Origin: Gemmatimonadota bacterium
Lineage (GTDB): Bacteria; JBHIER01; G020348925
Assembly (NCBI GenBank): GCA_020348925.1
Contig: CP070758.1
Coordinates: 124,001-188,000, forward strand
Length of the DNA stretch: 64,000 nucleotides
Direction of reading: 5' to 3'
The notes under the pieces are model-generated. The model searched no databases. It was not told where the DNA came from and saw only the letters and a program-made list of their open reading frames with translations. Below, in pieces: positions 16,862-28,712 of this stretch. Numbering within the stretch: position 1 is the first letter of the stretch; each line of letters begins with the position of its first letter. The position numbers and the translations under genes are program-made.

Positions 16862-19800
16862 CCTGCGATCCGATACCCGATATCCGTCGTCGCATTGAAC
16901 GGATTCGGATAATTCTGAAAGAGGACGAATTCATCCGGACCATACGATCCGGGCTTGAGGACAACAATCTGATCTTCGGGCAGTACCGCCTCTGTGCAAT
17001 CGATAGCCAAAATGACATCGCCCAGCGTCAGGTGAATCGGCTGAAACCTCCTCTCCGAATCCAGAATCCTGATGGGAAAGGTCAGGACGGTCTCATCACC
17101 CGGAAGCAACCTCTGTCCATACGGACTGTATATCAGAACCCTCGTACGGCCCTCGAGATGGTTGGAGGCAACCGTCATATCGGCCGTTCTCACGGAGGGC
17201 TGACATTGGGCCACGTCTATCTCCGAAGGATCGTATCTGAGGGTCAATTGAATCCCTCTCAGGTCAACATCGTTCGAGACGGAGAGCGCAAGGTCAAAAA
17301 TATCTTGACGCCCATTCATGACAGGAGAGGCCTCAATGCGGACCGAGTGTCCGGCGGGTTTCGTTCCCGTTGGGGCAGGCGGACACGCCCCTGTCCCCAG
17401 GATAAGGTTGACAATACCGACAACATCCAGAATATCATTTCCGCCGTCCTCATTGCAGTCGCCTCGACACTCTTCCTCGAACGTCGGAGGCGGTGGAATC
17501 TCCAGAATGATGTTGGCCAATCGAACCACATCAAGAATATCGATGTCATCGTCACCGTTCACATCGCCCAGCGGCGTGCAGGGGCCGGACGCATAGACGT
17601 GCAGATCCACAGGAACAATCTTTACCGGCTCGTCAGGATCGTTGCTGGTGATGATGAGGGTGGCGGAATAGTCGCCTGCAGCCAATAAAGTGGCGTTGAA
17701 TGTCACATCTATGTCGGTTTCATTCCCCGCACTCACGGAGCCCGATGTGGGAAACTCGGACAACCACGGGACATCTTCTGTGTTGACCTCGTTTTCAGAA
17801 CCTTTCCCCTTACGGATGTCGAGACCTTCTTCCTTCCCCGAGCCTGCAGTGGAGCTGCTCTCATTGATATTGAAGGTGAGGGTCGCGCTCCCGTCATTGG
17901 AGATGGTCAGTTCCTCGACGGCTATCCCTCCTTCCGGCAAGACCTTCACAAGCGAAGACGGTGTCACACCGATGTCCGGTTCTGAAATCTCCTCGACATG
18001 CAGATTGACGACAACGGAAACGGTCGGTTCATCGGGATCGTTGGAGGAAACCATTATGTGTGTGGCGTAGTCGCCTGGCGATAACGATGTCGCATTAAAA
18101 GTCACAGTAACATTGTCGCAGAGGCTGGGTCCAACCGTGCCGGCTGTCGAGCTCTCCGACAGCCAGCCGACCGTTTCGCTGAGGGAAAAATTGAGACTCC
18201 CCTGACCGTCATTACAGATATGCAACACATCCGTCGTCCAGTTTCCCTCCGCGACTGTCTTGTCAAAAGACATCGGGTAGACCGTAATGTCGGGGATACC
18301 GGCCTCGACCTTCAAGTGAACCGCTACCATCACCTGCGGCTCGTCCGGATCGTTCGAATCGATCAGGATGAACGGATAGTAATCCCCGGGCGATAGGCCC
18401 GTAGCGTCGAAAGTCACGGCAACGGTATCGCACCTGTACGCATAAATCGAACCTGAGGTCGGAACTTCCGAGAGCCAACCGACTATCGGAGCTTCGGACA
18501 CAGTAAATGTCAGAATTCCGGATGCAGCATTGCACACGATCAAGGTATCGAAGCCGACCTCTCCCTGGGTCAGTGTCATATCGAGAGAGAGTGGATTCAC
18601 GGATATATCAGGCGTTTCGTCGCACGGCTCCCAATTGCCGCTCACATCACCATAAAGTATACCGATAAAATCACCATCCGTTTCCACGGAATCGAGGTCC
18701 GGATAGGAAATACTTTCGGGGAGAAACGCCCAGTCTCCGACAGGAAAGGAATTGATGGCATGGACCGAAAGCTGCTCGATGAGATTGGCGTCGATCATCG
18801 TCACCTGGCCGTTGCCGCTGACATCCGCCGCTATCAACTGTTCAGGAGTCAGGCTGATCTGACCGAGAACATATTGCCTGACAAGTGTCGCGTCGTAATC
18901 GGTGACCGCTCCGCACCAGTTATCGATCTTTGATGGTGTGACGGTGTAATCGTTGCACAGACACAGATCCGGGATCGAGAAGCTCGAAAGGCGGTACTCG
19001 CCGTTTTCATCGGTATTCGCCGAACCCGTCCCATCACCTGACAGTGAAACCACCACATCCGGTACCGGTTCGCCGTTACTGTAATACGTAATCTGCCCCA
19101 GAATGTATATTTCATAGCCGTCCATCGGAGTCAAGGTGGGATCATTACTGGCCGGCGTATCCGGATCATCCGAGGGCTGGCCGCTCATCTGGCTGCTGCC
19201 GAGCCACGCCTGGTTGCCGAGGTACACACCTCCCGGTGGAAGCGGACAGAGACAATCCACTGTTGCCAGAAATGTGATGACGGCCGAGGCGGAAGGAGCC
19301 AACGTGCCCACATCTACTCGCACGTACCAGTTCCAGGCAAAATTCCCCAAAATCACCGAGCCCTGCGTTGTCGTAACGCTGCCAGGAACGAGAGAAATAT
19401 GCGCTCCCGGGGTATCGACCACGGTCACATAGACCGCAGGGACACTATCCACGTTGGTCACCGTGATCTCGTAGTACATCGTATCCAGAGGACTGAGGAC
19501 CGAATTGCCGTCGGCATCGCCGTAAAAACTGTCGGTCTTCTCCACTTCAAATTCAGGCATAACGAGCGGGGTCGTCGTCGGATCGGGTGCCGGACCGGTA
19601 TCCGGATCGTCGGAGGGCTCCTCTGGCGTCTGATTGCTGATGCCCCAGCCCTGATTCTCCACCTGAGTGGTACCGTAGGGCAACGGCGCATTAACTTCCA
19701 CTTGAAACGTCACCGTATCACTATCGCCACCGCCATTAATCGTACCGATACTCACCCAGACGGAAGTGTTTCCGGGAAGATTCCCAAGCAAGATTGATCC

Positions 19801-22800
19801 TTGTGTCGTCGTAACACTTCCGACGATAAGACTCGTATTTACGTCCGGTGTGTCGATAAGGGCCACGCCGGAGATCCCGATGTTTCCTGGGTTTGACAGA
19901 ACGACGGTATAGAGAAGGGTGTCGCCTGGGTTGGTGAAACCCAGTGGCGAGATGTCACCGACGATGCTGTCTTTTTTCGACACCTCAAGAGCGGGTGTCA
20001 CATTCAAAGGTGTGTCGGTCGGATCGTCGTCATCAGGTGTATCGCAGTCATTCGTCCTCACCGGGATCAAGAGAATACATACGGCCTCGCCCTGATTGGA
20101 AATCTCATCAACTCCGACGGGAAGCGGATAATGAATGGCTACCTCAAATTCGATGACGGCGGCACCCCCGTTGGGAATGGTCCCGACATCGACACCCACC
20201 ACAACGTCACCCGGTGTATTCCCCTCGGTGACACTGCCAATTGTTGTCGTCACACTTCCCACGACCAGAGAGCTGTTAACATCCGGTGTATCGGCAAAGG
20301 CTGCACCGAGCGCCACATCATTCCCAATATTTGAGATGGTGACTTCATACAGAAGAGTATCCCCGGGGCTCGGATCCCCGCTCAAATCCGCATCGACCAA
20401 AAGAATATCTCTCTTGCAGGCATCGATACACGGTCCATACAGATACACCGTCTCATCATTTTCAACCTCCGGCACCGGTGTCCCAAACTCATCCAAGGCA
20501 CCGGTGACAGTCGCCGTGTTCACTGTGTTTCCACAGGGGCTGATCGCCTCCAATTCAACCACCACCGTATCGTAGGCACCTGAGGCCAGAGGACCGAGAT
20601 TGTTCCACGTCAATTGTCCGGCAGTTACACTGTTGGGTACAGGACTGGCCGAGACATAATCAAGACACAACGACGGAAATGTATCGGTCAAAGGAAGGGT
20701 CGTAATCGTCGTCGTACCCGTATTGTGCAGGACGATTCTGAACTCGACCGAATCGTTTATCTCCACAGAATCATCAGCCGGATCAACGAGCTCCTTCGAA
20801 ATATCCAGATCGACAATACCCAACTGCACGGACGCGTCATCGGTTCCCTCAGGCAATGGGATCCCAAACTCATCAAAAGCCCCTGACACTGTGGCCGTAT
20901 CGTTTGTCACGCCGCAGGGACTGAGGGCCGTGAAGTTGACCGTCACGGTTTGGGTGGCACTCGGTCCAATAGGACCCACATTGTTCCAGGAAACAGTCCC
21001 AGATGTGAGCAACGATTGCACCGGACTGGCCGAGACGAAACTGAGGCAGCCCGGATCGAAGTCATCCACCAGAGGCACCGTGGTTAATGTCGTCGATCCT
21101 GTGTTCTCAATCTCAATTTCAAAAACCACCGGTTCACCGACATTAGCTATTCCTATTGTTGGGACCGTAAGAGTCTTGGTGACCGTCATTCCGGTCTGAA
21201 CGATGTTCACCTGGGAGGTGTCCGACTGATCCGGCAACGGCGTACCGTACTCATCCTCCGCCCCCTTGACCGTCGCCGTATCGATACTGACACCGCACAG
21301 GGCGATAGCAGTAAACTTTACCAGTACTGTCCAGTTCCCGCCAGGCACGATAGGACCGGCATTATCCCACGTGACGGACCCGGGCGCCTGTGTCGTCTGC
21401 AACGGGCTGGCGGATTCGAAGCTGAGACAGAGGGGATCGTAGCTCTCCGAGAGGGGGACCGTGGTCAAGATTGCCGATCCCGTATTTTCGAGCAGAATTT
21501 CAAACGCCACCGTATCCCCCAATTCGACCGCACCCGCGGGAATCGTTCGCGTCTTCGTCACCTGCAACCCTGTCTGAGCCAGGATTACGGCGGCCGTATC
21601 CGAATCGTCGGGCACCGGCGTACCGAATTCGTCCACAGCCCCGGAGACCTCGGCCGTATCGATCGTGGCACCGCAGGGGGCAAGAGCGGTAAAATTGACC
21701 GTCACTGGTATGGTATTGCCAGGTGCGATGGGGCCGAGGTTCGACCAGAAGATCGCTCCGGCCACCTGTGACGTCTGCACCGGAAGCGCGGAAACGAAGC
21801 TGAGGCAAGCGGAATCGTAGTCATCAATAAGCGGCACCGTCGTCAATGTTGTGGATCCTGTGTTCTGGAGCAGAATTTCAAACGTCACCGCCTCACCGAC
21901 GTTGGCCACTCCCGCCACCGGCACGGTCCTCGACTTCGTCACTGTTACCTCGGCCTCCACAATATCGACAAAAGCCGTGTCCGAGTCACCGGGCACCGGT
22001 GCACCAAACTCGTCCTGGGCACCCACGACCTCGGCTGTATCGATGGTCACCCCACAGGCAGAGACTGTGGTGAAATTGACCGTCACCGTCCTGGAGCCAC
22101 CGGGCACCAGCGGCCCGAGGTTGGACCAGATGAGGGAGCCACCCACATGAATATTGGGCGAGGGGCTGGCCGAGACGTAGCTCAGGCAGCCCGGATCGAA
22201 GAAATCCTCCAAGGGAACCGTTGTGACCGTCTTCGCACCTGTATTCTCCAGCAGGATTTCAAAGGTAACCGGTTCCCCCGCATAGAGCTTCGATACCGAC
22301 GGCACAAGTCTCGTCTTCGTCACCCGAACACCTGGCTCCAATAGTTCAACCGGAGCAGTGGCCGAATCATCGGGCGCTGGAGCACCGAAGGCGTCCTGGG
22401 CTCCGGCAACGATCGCCGTATCAACCGTCACCCCGCAGGGAGCAAAAGCTACGAAATTCAGGATCACAATCGCACTATCGCCCGCCGTAATGGGTCCAAT
22501 ATTGTTCCAAGTGATGACCCCGCTCGATTGGACTGTCTGCACCGGACTGGCGGAATCGAAACCGAGGCAGATCGGATCATATTCGTCTCTCAAAGGCACC
22601 GTTGCCAGACTGGTCGGCCCGGTGTTTTTCACCACGATATGAAACACAACCGGATCTCCCACATTAGCCACACCACCGGACGGGGTGATCAGCGTCTTTC
22701 GCAGACTGAACTCTGGCTGGGCTTCAATGGTCACACCGGCATCATCTTGATCCTGAGGCACTATGAAACCGAATTCGTCAATCGCCCCACTGACAGTAGC

Positions 22801-23273
22801 CAGGTTCAATGCGGGATCACACGGAGCAATCGCCTGGAAAGTCACATCAATGTTTACGCTGTTGGTTGGGGCCAGCGGTCCCAGGTTGTTCCACATGAGT
22901 GCGGACCCGTTGTCACCGTTCCACGGGACCGTGGCACTCACCGGATCGATGCACGTTTCAGGGTAATTGTCGGATAAAGGTAGAAACGTAATTATGGAGT
23001 TTCCTGTGTTCTGAATCGTTATTCGAAAAACGATGGAGTCGCCGGCAACACTGATTCCTCCAGGAGGATCCAGCAGGATCTTGGTAACCTGAACCTCCGG
23101 TCGGATCACATTGACAAATGATGTGTCCTGTCCGTCCGGCACCGGACTGCCGTATTCATCCTGAGCATCCTGCACCAGGGCCGTGTCGATAGTCACACCG
23201 CAGGCGGCGCTGGCCGTGAAGTTGACCGTCACCGTCCGGCTGCCCAGAGGCGCAATCGGACCGAGATTTGCCC
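16862..23273 (-). CDS. Giant surface protein (partial at both ends): DUF11-like repeats, Ig-like domains, dockerins, cohesin, FlgD/T9SS-like C-terminal domain
   Basis: 7 full + 1 partial ~125-aa repeats (TK..P..G.A.VG..V.F.I...NTG...VPL.D.YD..CL), 3 longer DUF11-type repeats, 3 PDI.V.P.S Ig domains, GDVNGDDDIDILDVV dockerin, cohesin-like GIQLTLRYDP, LFQNYPNPFN. Confidence 0.85.
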
Positions 23274-23373
23274 NNNNNNNNNNNNNNNNNNNNNNNNNNN
23301 NNNNNNNNNNNNNNNNNNNNNNNNNNNNNNNNNNNNNNNNNNNNNNNNNNNNNNNNNNNNNNNNNNNNNNNNN
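23274..23373. other. Assembly gap (100 N)
   Basis: Run of N. Confidence 1.
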
Positions 23374-23487
23374 CGCCAAGATATAGTCGAGCCTTACAAG
23401 ACACTGGTGCTGCAACTTCTCTTCCATTAAAAATTAGACAAACCAAATAAAACTTGTTCAAATTACCTGGGCGCCCACTAACCTAAG

Positions 23488-23512
23488 AAAAAAGGCGGCC
23501 CAGGGCCGCCCT
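23488..23512 (-). terminator. Terminator on minus strand
   Basis: GGGCGGCCCTGGGCCGCC plus TTTTTT on the minus strand. Confidence 0.6.
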
Positions 23513-23533
23513 GTTGCGTCAGGTCAGGAGCGC

Positions 23534-23760
23534 TTAGAGAAAATGGAAGCAGATGCCCACCACCACTTTGTGGCTGGTGAAATCGAAGGTGGCCACGCCG
23601 CGCCGCTCGCGTTGGGGGCCGAACAACGGCCGGAGCTTCTGGTGCTCCAGTTCCACATCCCATTGCTGGCTGATCTTATACTCCACAAAGGCGGAGATGT
23701 TCCTGAGTGGATTTTGAAAGGTCCAAGGCATGCCGTGGAAAGAAGATCCGATTTTGAAAC
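23534..23760 (-). pseudogene. 3' remnant of a probable outer-membrane beta-barrel protein
   Basis: [20 protein letters not shown]...[17 protein letters not shown] resembles a beta-barrel C-terminus; no N-terminal part or signal peptide; followed by a terminator. Confidence 0.4.
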
Positions 23761-23820
23761 GTGAGTTTATTATTCGGTGATAAGTGAAGGAAATTCAATG
23801 ATTGTAGCAACAAGAAGAAC

Positions 23821-24363
23821 GTGAAAAAAAGAATAGGCAGAATGGAGAAAGTCTCGATCTCATCTCTTGTTATACTTCTATTCCTTAGTATTATGCATAC
23901 CGGCTGTTTTGTTCCCCGACTGATCTGGCCTCAGGGTGATATACAACAGGGTGAACTGAACGATCCCTCACTCCAGAAGAAGATCCTTGTTGCCGCCCGG
24001 AGTAGTGAATTTAAAGATGCAGTCGTCAAAAAAATAAGAGATGCTTTTAAGGACAAACCCGTATATGTCAAATTCATTGGGATTGATAATTTAAAGGAAG
24101 AGGACGCAACAGATTATTCGGCTGTTGTCCTGATCAGTACCTGTATTGCCTGGAAATTAGATCGCCATGTCAATGGTTTTTTCAATCGACATGAACATCA
24201 TGATAATATGATTGTTCTCACCACATCAGGTGACGGCGATTGGGTGCCAGACAAAAAGGGACGTAACTTCGATGCCATCTCTTCTGCTTCTCAATCGGTT
24301 AAGATCAACGAGGTGGCAGATAGTATTGTAGAGAAAATTGGATCACTCCTTGCGGATGAGTAA
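23821..24363 (+). CDS. Hypothetical lipoprotein (flavodoxin-like fold possible)
   Basis: Hydrophobic leader ending MHTGC; KILVAARSSEFKDAVV...VLTTSGDG..DAISSAS. Confidence 0.65.
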   Translation: MKKRIGRMEKVSISSLVILLFLSIMHTGCFVPRLIWPQGDIQQGELNDPSLQKKILVAARSSEFKDAVVKKIRDAFKDKPVYVKFIGIDNLKEEDATDYSAVVLISTCIAWKLDRHVNGFFNRHEHHDNMIVLTTSGDGDWVPDKKGRNFDAISSASQSVKINEVADSIVEKIGSLLADE

Positions 24364-24413
24364 ACAAGGATATGGTCGGACGTACGAATGAAGATTGGAA
24401 ATCGGAAAGAGAT

Positions 24414-25328
24414 ATGAGCATAATATCAAGAAAAGTTCTAAACGCGATTGAGCCTCAATATGTTCTGGAAGGGGCGGGGGTTCGGCTCCGGCGAGGTTTT
24501 CCTACAGAAGCGTTGGATTATCTTGATCCGTTCCTCTTATTTGACGATTTTAGCTCGAACAATCCTGCTGATTACATGAAGGGATTTCCCATGCATCCAC
24601 ACCGTGGTATAGAAACGGTGACCTATATACTCGCTGGCGAGGTGAATCATCGAGATAGTATCGGGAACGCTGGCAAAATCGGTGCTGGAGATGTGCAGTG
24701 GATGACATCGGGGAGAGGTATTATGCACGAAGAGATGCCCAGTTCCCGCAGCGGAAAATTGATCGGGTTTCAACTGTGGGTCAATCTTCCGGCACAACGC
24801 AAGATGAACGAACCGAGATACCAGGGAATTCTCTCTGCTGACATACCTGAGGTTGAGCTCAACGATGGTGTCAAAGTTCGAGTTATCGCTGGTCGGGTCG
24901 GTCAGGTTGAGGGACCCGTGACCGGAATTGTTGCTGAACCAACATATTTGAATGTGTTCATTCCTTCATACAGTTCATTTACTCACGAAATTGACGAAGA
25001 CCGTACAGCATTTGCCTATGTTTTCGAGGGAGAGGGAATGTTTGAGGTCACCGAGGGTATGGCAAGGCAATTCATACAACATCGCAAGCTCGTTGTTCTT
25101 GGTGCCGGGCATTCTCTCGTGGTGAAAAGTAAGGGGCAATCGATTCGATTTCTTCTTGTGCTCGGAAAGCCAATTCGAGAGCCGATTGCACGATATGGGC
25201 CGTTTGTTATGAATACAAGGGAGGAGATTGAGCAGGCTCTCCGTGATCTCCGTAATGGTACATTCATCGATCCTCAACCCAATAGTGACTCAAACTCTTG
25301 GTACGGTTCCCCAGCGAAAGAAAAATAG
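24414..25328 (+). CDS. Pirin family protein
   Basis: DPFLLFDDF, GFPMHPHRGIETVTY, QWMTSGRGIMHEE, QLWVNLP, GPFVMNT. Confidence 0.93.
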   Translation: MSIISRKVLNAIEPQYVLEGAGVRLRRGFPTEALDYLDPFLLFDDFSSNNPADYMKGFPMHPHRGIETVTYILAGEVNHRDSIGNAGKIGAGDVQWMTSGRGIMHEEMPSSRSGKLIGFQLWVNLPAQRKMNEPRYQGILSADIPEVELNDGVKVRVIAGRVGQVEGPVTGIVAEPTYLNVFIPSYSSFTHEIDEDRTAFAYVFEGEGMFEVTEGMARQFIQHRKLVVLGAGHSLVVKSKGQSIRFLLVLGKPIREPIARYGPFVMNTREEIEQALRDLRNGTFIDPQPNSDSNSWYGSPAKEK

Positions 25329-25430
25329 AACCTCTAATCTTTTCTGGCAATTGATTCTTCTCTAGGAAACCAGAAATAATCTTTACATTTCTCAAGAAAT
25401 ATCTTGGGAGTTGGAACTTCTGCAGCTATA

Positions 25431-25460
25431 TTAAACGCACGTTTAAAACAATTGTTTAAA
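25431..25460. promoter_or_regulatory. Putative TetR operator: tandem AAAC-N4-GTTT palindromes
   Basis: TTAAACGCACGTTTAA overlapping AAACAATTGTTT, just upstream of the TetR gene. Confidence 0.55.
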
Positions 25461-25491
25461 CTGAAGGTTAAGATTTTTGAAAGGAGTGGCA

Positions 25492-26091
25492 ATGAATCAA
25501 GGGGAGCTTTCGGTAAAAGAACAGATCATTCTTGCCACTATCAATTGCATTGAGAAAGTTGGCATCGATTCGATTACTATCCGTGGCATTGCGAAAGAGG
25601 CACAGGTGAACGTCGCTGCCATTAACTACCACTTTGGTTCAAAGCAGGAACTTCTGAATGAAACGTTTAGGAAAACTCTCGATGCTGCCTTCTCCGATTC
25701 GGAAGCAGCGAAGGTCTTGGAGACGGATGATCAAGACTTTCATGTCGCCTTGAAATCGTATCTCATACACATTTTGAATGGTATGTTCAATTATCCGGGT
25801 ATATCAAAAGCGCACTTCTATACCCCTCTCATGCATGGGAACTGTAGAAGTCCGGCCGTAAGGAGATTGAATACATTTCTTAAGAGCCTGTTTGGAAGGG
25901 CGAAAAATCTCATGCCCGAAGAAATGGTTAAGGAAAAGAAATTGTCACTGGTACAAATTATGGCAGCCATTATATTCATAGGCTTCGTTCCCGATTGTTT
26001 CAGGGATTTTACAGGGATCAACTTTAGAGATCCGAGCGAACGGCGAAAATACGTTGACCATTTGTTGAAACACTTTTTGAAAAAAGCGTAG
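25492..26091 (+). CDS. TetR/AcrR family transcriptional regulator
   Basis: ITIRGIAKEAQVNVAAINYHFGSKQEL helix-turn-helix; RBS AAGGAG. Confidence 0.92.
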   Translation: MNQGELSVKEQIILATINCIEKVGIDSITIRGIAKEAQVNVAAINYHFGSKQELLNETFRKTLDAAFSDSEAAKVLETDDQDFHVALKSYLIHILNGMFNYPGISKAHFYTPLMHGNCRSPAVRRLNTFLKSLFGRAKNLMPEEMVKEKKLSLVQIMAAIIFIGFVPDCFRDFTGINFRDPSERRKYVDHLLKHFLKKA

Positions 26092-26193
26092 TACGATGAA
26101 CGGAATAAAATGACACTCTTTTTCAGAACGTTTAAATGGACCATGACACATAAAAACCCTATACCTTGAAAGAACACTACTCGGGAGAAAAAA

Positions 26194-28509
26194 ATGAGAA
26201 CAATATTCGTATTCGTTATTGCTCTTGGGATTCTGTCTATTATCCACAATTCCGACGTTGTGTCGGCACAAGGGAAAGTACGAACAGGTATTCTGAAGGG
26301 TCGCGTCATGGACACGGATACGAAAACTCCTCTTGCCGGGACAAATGTGATCGTTGTCGATACGAAAAAAGGTGCTGCGACAGATAGAGACGGCATCTTC
26401 ATGATACCGGACGTTCCGGTTGGGAGTTATACGCTCCAGTTCCGTTATGTCGGATATGAACCGATGAAGAAAACGGATATCATTGTCCGGTCCGAAAGAA
26501 TCACCTTCGTCCAAGCCGAGCTGAAATTTTCTGTCTTGCAAGGGCAGGAAATTACGGTGACGGCCGGATATTTTTCACAGACACAGGATCAACCGACGAG
26601 TTCCGTCAATTTTTCATTCGAAGAGATCCGTCGGGCTCCCGGATCCGCAGGTGATGTCAGCAGGATTATTATGGGTCTTCCCAGCATTGCCAAGGTAAAT
26701 GATCAAACAAACAGTCTCATTGTCCGAGGGGGAAGTCCCGTCGAGAACGCTTTCTTTATCGATAATATTGAAATACCGAATATCAACCACTTTCCCACTC
26801 AGGGATCTTCCGGTGGACCAATCGGAATGGTGAACGTTGATTTCATCCAAGATGTTAACTTCTATACAGGCGGATTTTCATCCCTCTATGGAGACAAACT
26901 GTCCTCTATTATGGATATTGTTTTTCGTGAGGGAAATCGTGATGAGTTTGACGGTCAATTGGATCTCAACTTCGCGGGCTTTGGCGGGATAGTTGAAGGT
27001 CCGCTCTTTCACAGGAAGGGATCCTGGCTTCTGTCAGTGCGAAGAAGCTTTTTGGATTTACTCGTTGATGCCTTTGATGTAGGAACGAGTGTAGCCCCGC
27101 GATACGGAGACTACCAGGGAAAGGTTGTGTACGATATCCATCCTCGTCACAAGCTCAGCCTACTTGGCGTTTTTGGTGATGATCACAACGATCCCGATAA
27201 AGAGACCGCACAGGAGAACGATATGATCGTCTATGGGAATCAGGATCTCTATGTGCACACCATTGGTATGAACTGGATGGCACTGTGGCATAAAAGCGGT
27301 TACTCAAATACATCTGTGGCATATACTTCCCAGAAGTATGAGGAGGATTTCTACGAAACCACAACAAGCAACCACCTCTTGAGAAACCGGTCCCACGAAG
27401 AGATTCTGAACCTAAGAAACGTAAACCATTGGCGCTTCAACGCAATGCATTCGATGGAATTCGGTTTTGATGCGAAACATCTCATCGCTGATTATGGTAA
27501 TTTCTATGCGGAATATACTGATGCTTTGGGCGACACAGTTCCGGCGTTTACCTTGAACGAAAAGATCGATGCAAACAAGATTGGCGGTTTCGTTCACTAC
27601 ATTTTGAAACCATGTGTTCGTTTCAGGGTTAATTTTGGCCTCAGGGCCGACTATTTCTCCTTGAATAACAATAGAAACATATCACCAAGACTTGCACTCT
27701 CTTACAATGTGACCGATGACACGCGGATTAACGCATCAACCGGAATCTTCTACCAGAGTCTTCCTCTCCTCTTGCTTTCTCAAAACGAGGAGAATGAGAG
27801 CTTGAAAGATCCCAAAGCCGTGCATTATGTTCTCGGAGTCGAGCACCTGCTCACTGAAAATACGAAGCTCACCGTGGAGGTCTATCAGAAGGACTACGAC
27901 CATTTTCCCCTGGATCCCACCCAACCGACCTTATTTCTTATCGATGAACTCTATTATCGCTATGGCTTCTTCTTCAATCATGAACGGCTCATCGATACAG
28001 GACAGGCCTCTTCGCGAGGAATCGAAATCATGCTGCAGAAGAAGCTTGCAGAGAATATTTATGGATTAGCAAGTGCATCGTACTTTCGATCAAAATATAA
28101 AGACAGTCTTGGCACCTGGAGGGAGAGGGTTTTTGACAATCGAGCAATCTTGAGTCTCGAGGGTGGTTATAAACCTAACAATAACTGGGAGTTCAGCTTG
28201 CGATGGATCTATGCTGGTGGTCCCCCCTATACGCCGTTCGATGTCGAAGAATCCCGAAGGCTGAATCGAGAGGTGCTTGATGGAGATCGAATTAACGAGG
28301 TCCGGTATCCCGATTATCACTCGCTGAATATTCGATTCGACCGACGTTTCCATTTCAGTCGTTCGAATCTTGTTTTCTATTTCAGTGTTTGGAATGTCTA
28401 TAACCGCAAGAATATTGCCTCGTATTTCTGGAACGAAATCGATCAAAAAGAGGACGTCATCTACCAGTGGAGCTTGCTGCCCATTTTCGGTTTCGAATTT
28501 GAGTTTTGA
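26194..28509 (+). CDS. TonB-dependent receptor with N-terminal carboxypeptidase-regulatory-like domain
   Basis: Signal peptide, GRVMDTDTKTPLAGTNV, plug IVRGGSPVEN, C-terminal NVYNRKN...FEFEF. Confidence 0.9.
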   Translation: MRTIFVFVIALGILSIIHNSDVVSAQGKVRTGILKGRVMDTDTKTPLAGTNVIVVDTKKGAATDRDGIFMIPDVPVGSYTLQFRYVGYEPMKKTDIIVRSERITFVQAELKFSVLQGQEITVTAGYFSQTQDQPTSSVNFSFEEIRRAPGSAGDVSRIIMGLPSIAKVNDQTNSLIVRGGSPVENAFFIDNIEIPNINHFPTQGSSGGPIGMVNVDFIQDVNFYTGGFSSLYGDKLSSIMDIVFREGNRDEFDGQLDLNFAGFGGIVEGPLFHRKGSWLLSVRRSFLDLLVDAFDVGTSVAPRYGDYQGKVVYDIHPRHKLSLLGVFGDDHNDPDKETAQENDMIVYGNQDLYVHTIGMNWMALWHKSGYSNTSVAYTSQKYEEDFYETTTSNHLLRNRSHEEILNLRNVNHWRFNAMHSMEFGFDAKHLIADYGNFYAEYTDALGDTVPAFTLNEKIDANKIGGFVHYILKPCVRFRVNFGLRADYFSLNNNRNISPRLALSYNVTDDTRINASTGIFYQSLPLLLLSQNEENESLKDPKAVHYVLGVEHLLTENTKLTVEVYQKDYDHFPLDPTQPTLFLIDELYYRYGFFFNHERLIDTGQASSRGIEIMLQKKLAENIYGLASASYFRSKYKDSLGTWRERVFDNRAILSLEGGYKPNNNWEFSLRWIYAGGPPYTPFDVEESRRLNREVLDGDRINEVRYPDYHSLNIRFDRRFHFSRSNLVFYFSVWNVYNRKNIASYFWNEIDQKEDVIYQWSLLPIFGFEFEF

Positions 28510-28712
28510 GATTCGACCGGATGCATGGACCGGATTTCGGTAGCACAATGAATATTGTCTTGCTCTTTCGGCGTATGGACCTATATTAATCAGATTGTAT
28601 TGTACGTTGTTGAAATTGGAAGGGGCGGCGATCGATGAAGTTTACAGGAATATTGAGTTATCCGGAGGATAAGCTGCATTGGGAATTTGTACACAAACGC
28701 TGAGAGGTAATT

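Noticed and set aside
16639-23427. 2262-aa ORF as one complete gene
   Set aside because: Both termini are read through N gaps into unrelated contigs; only 16862-23273 is supported
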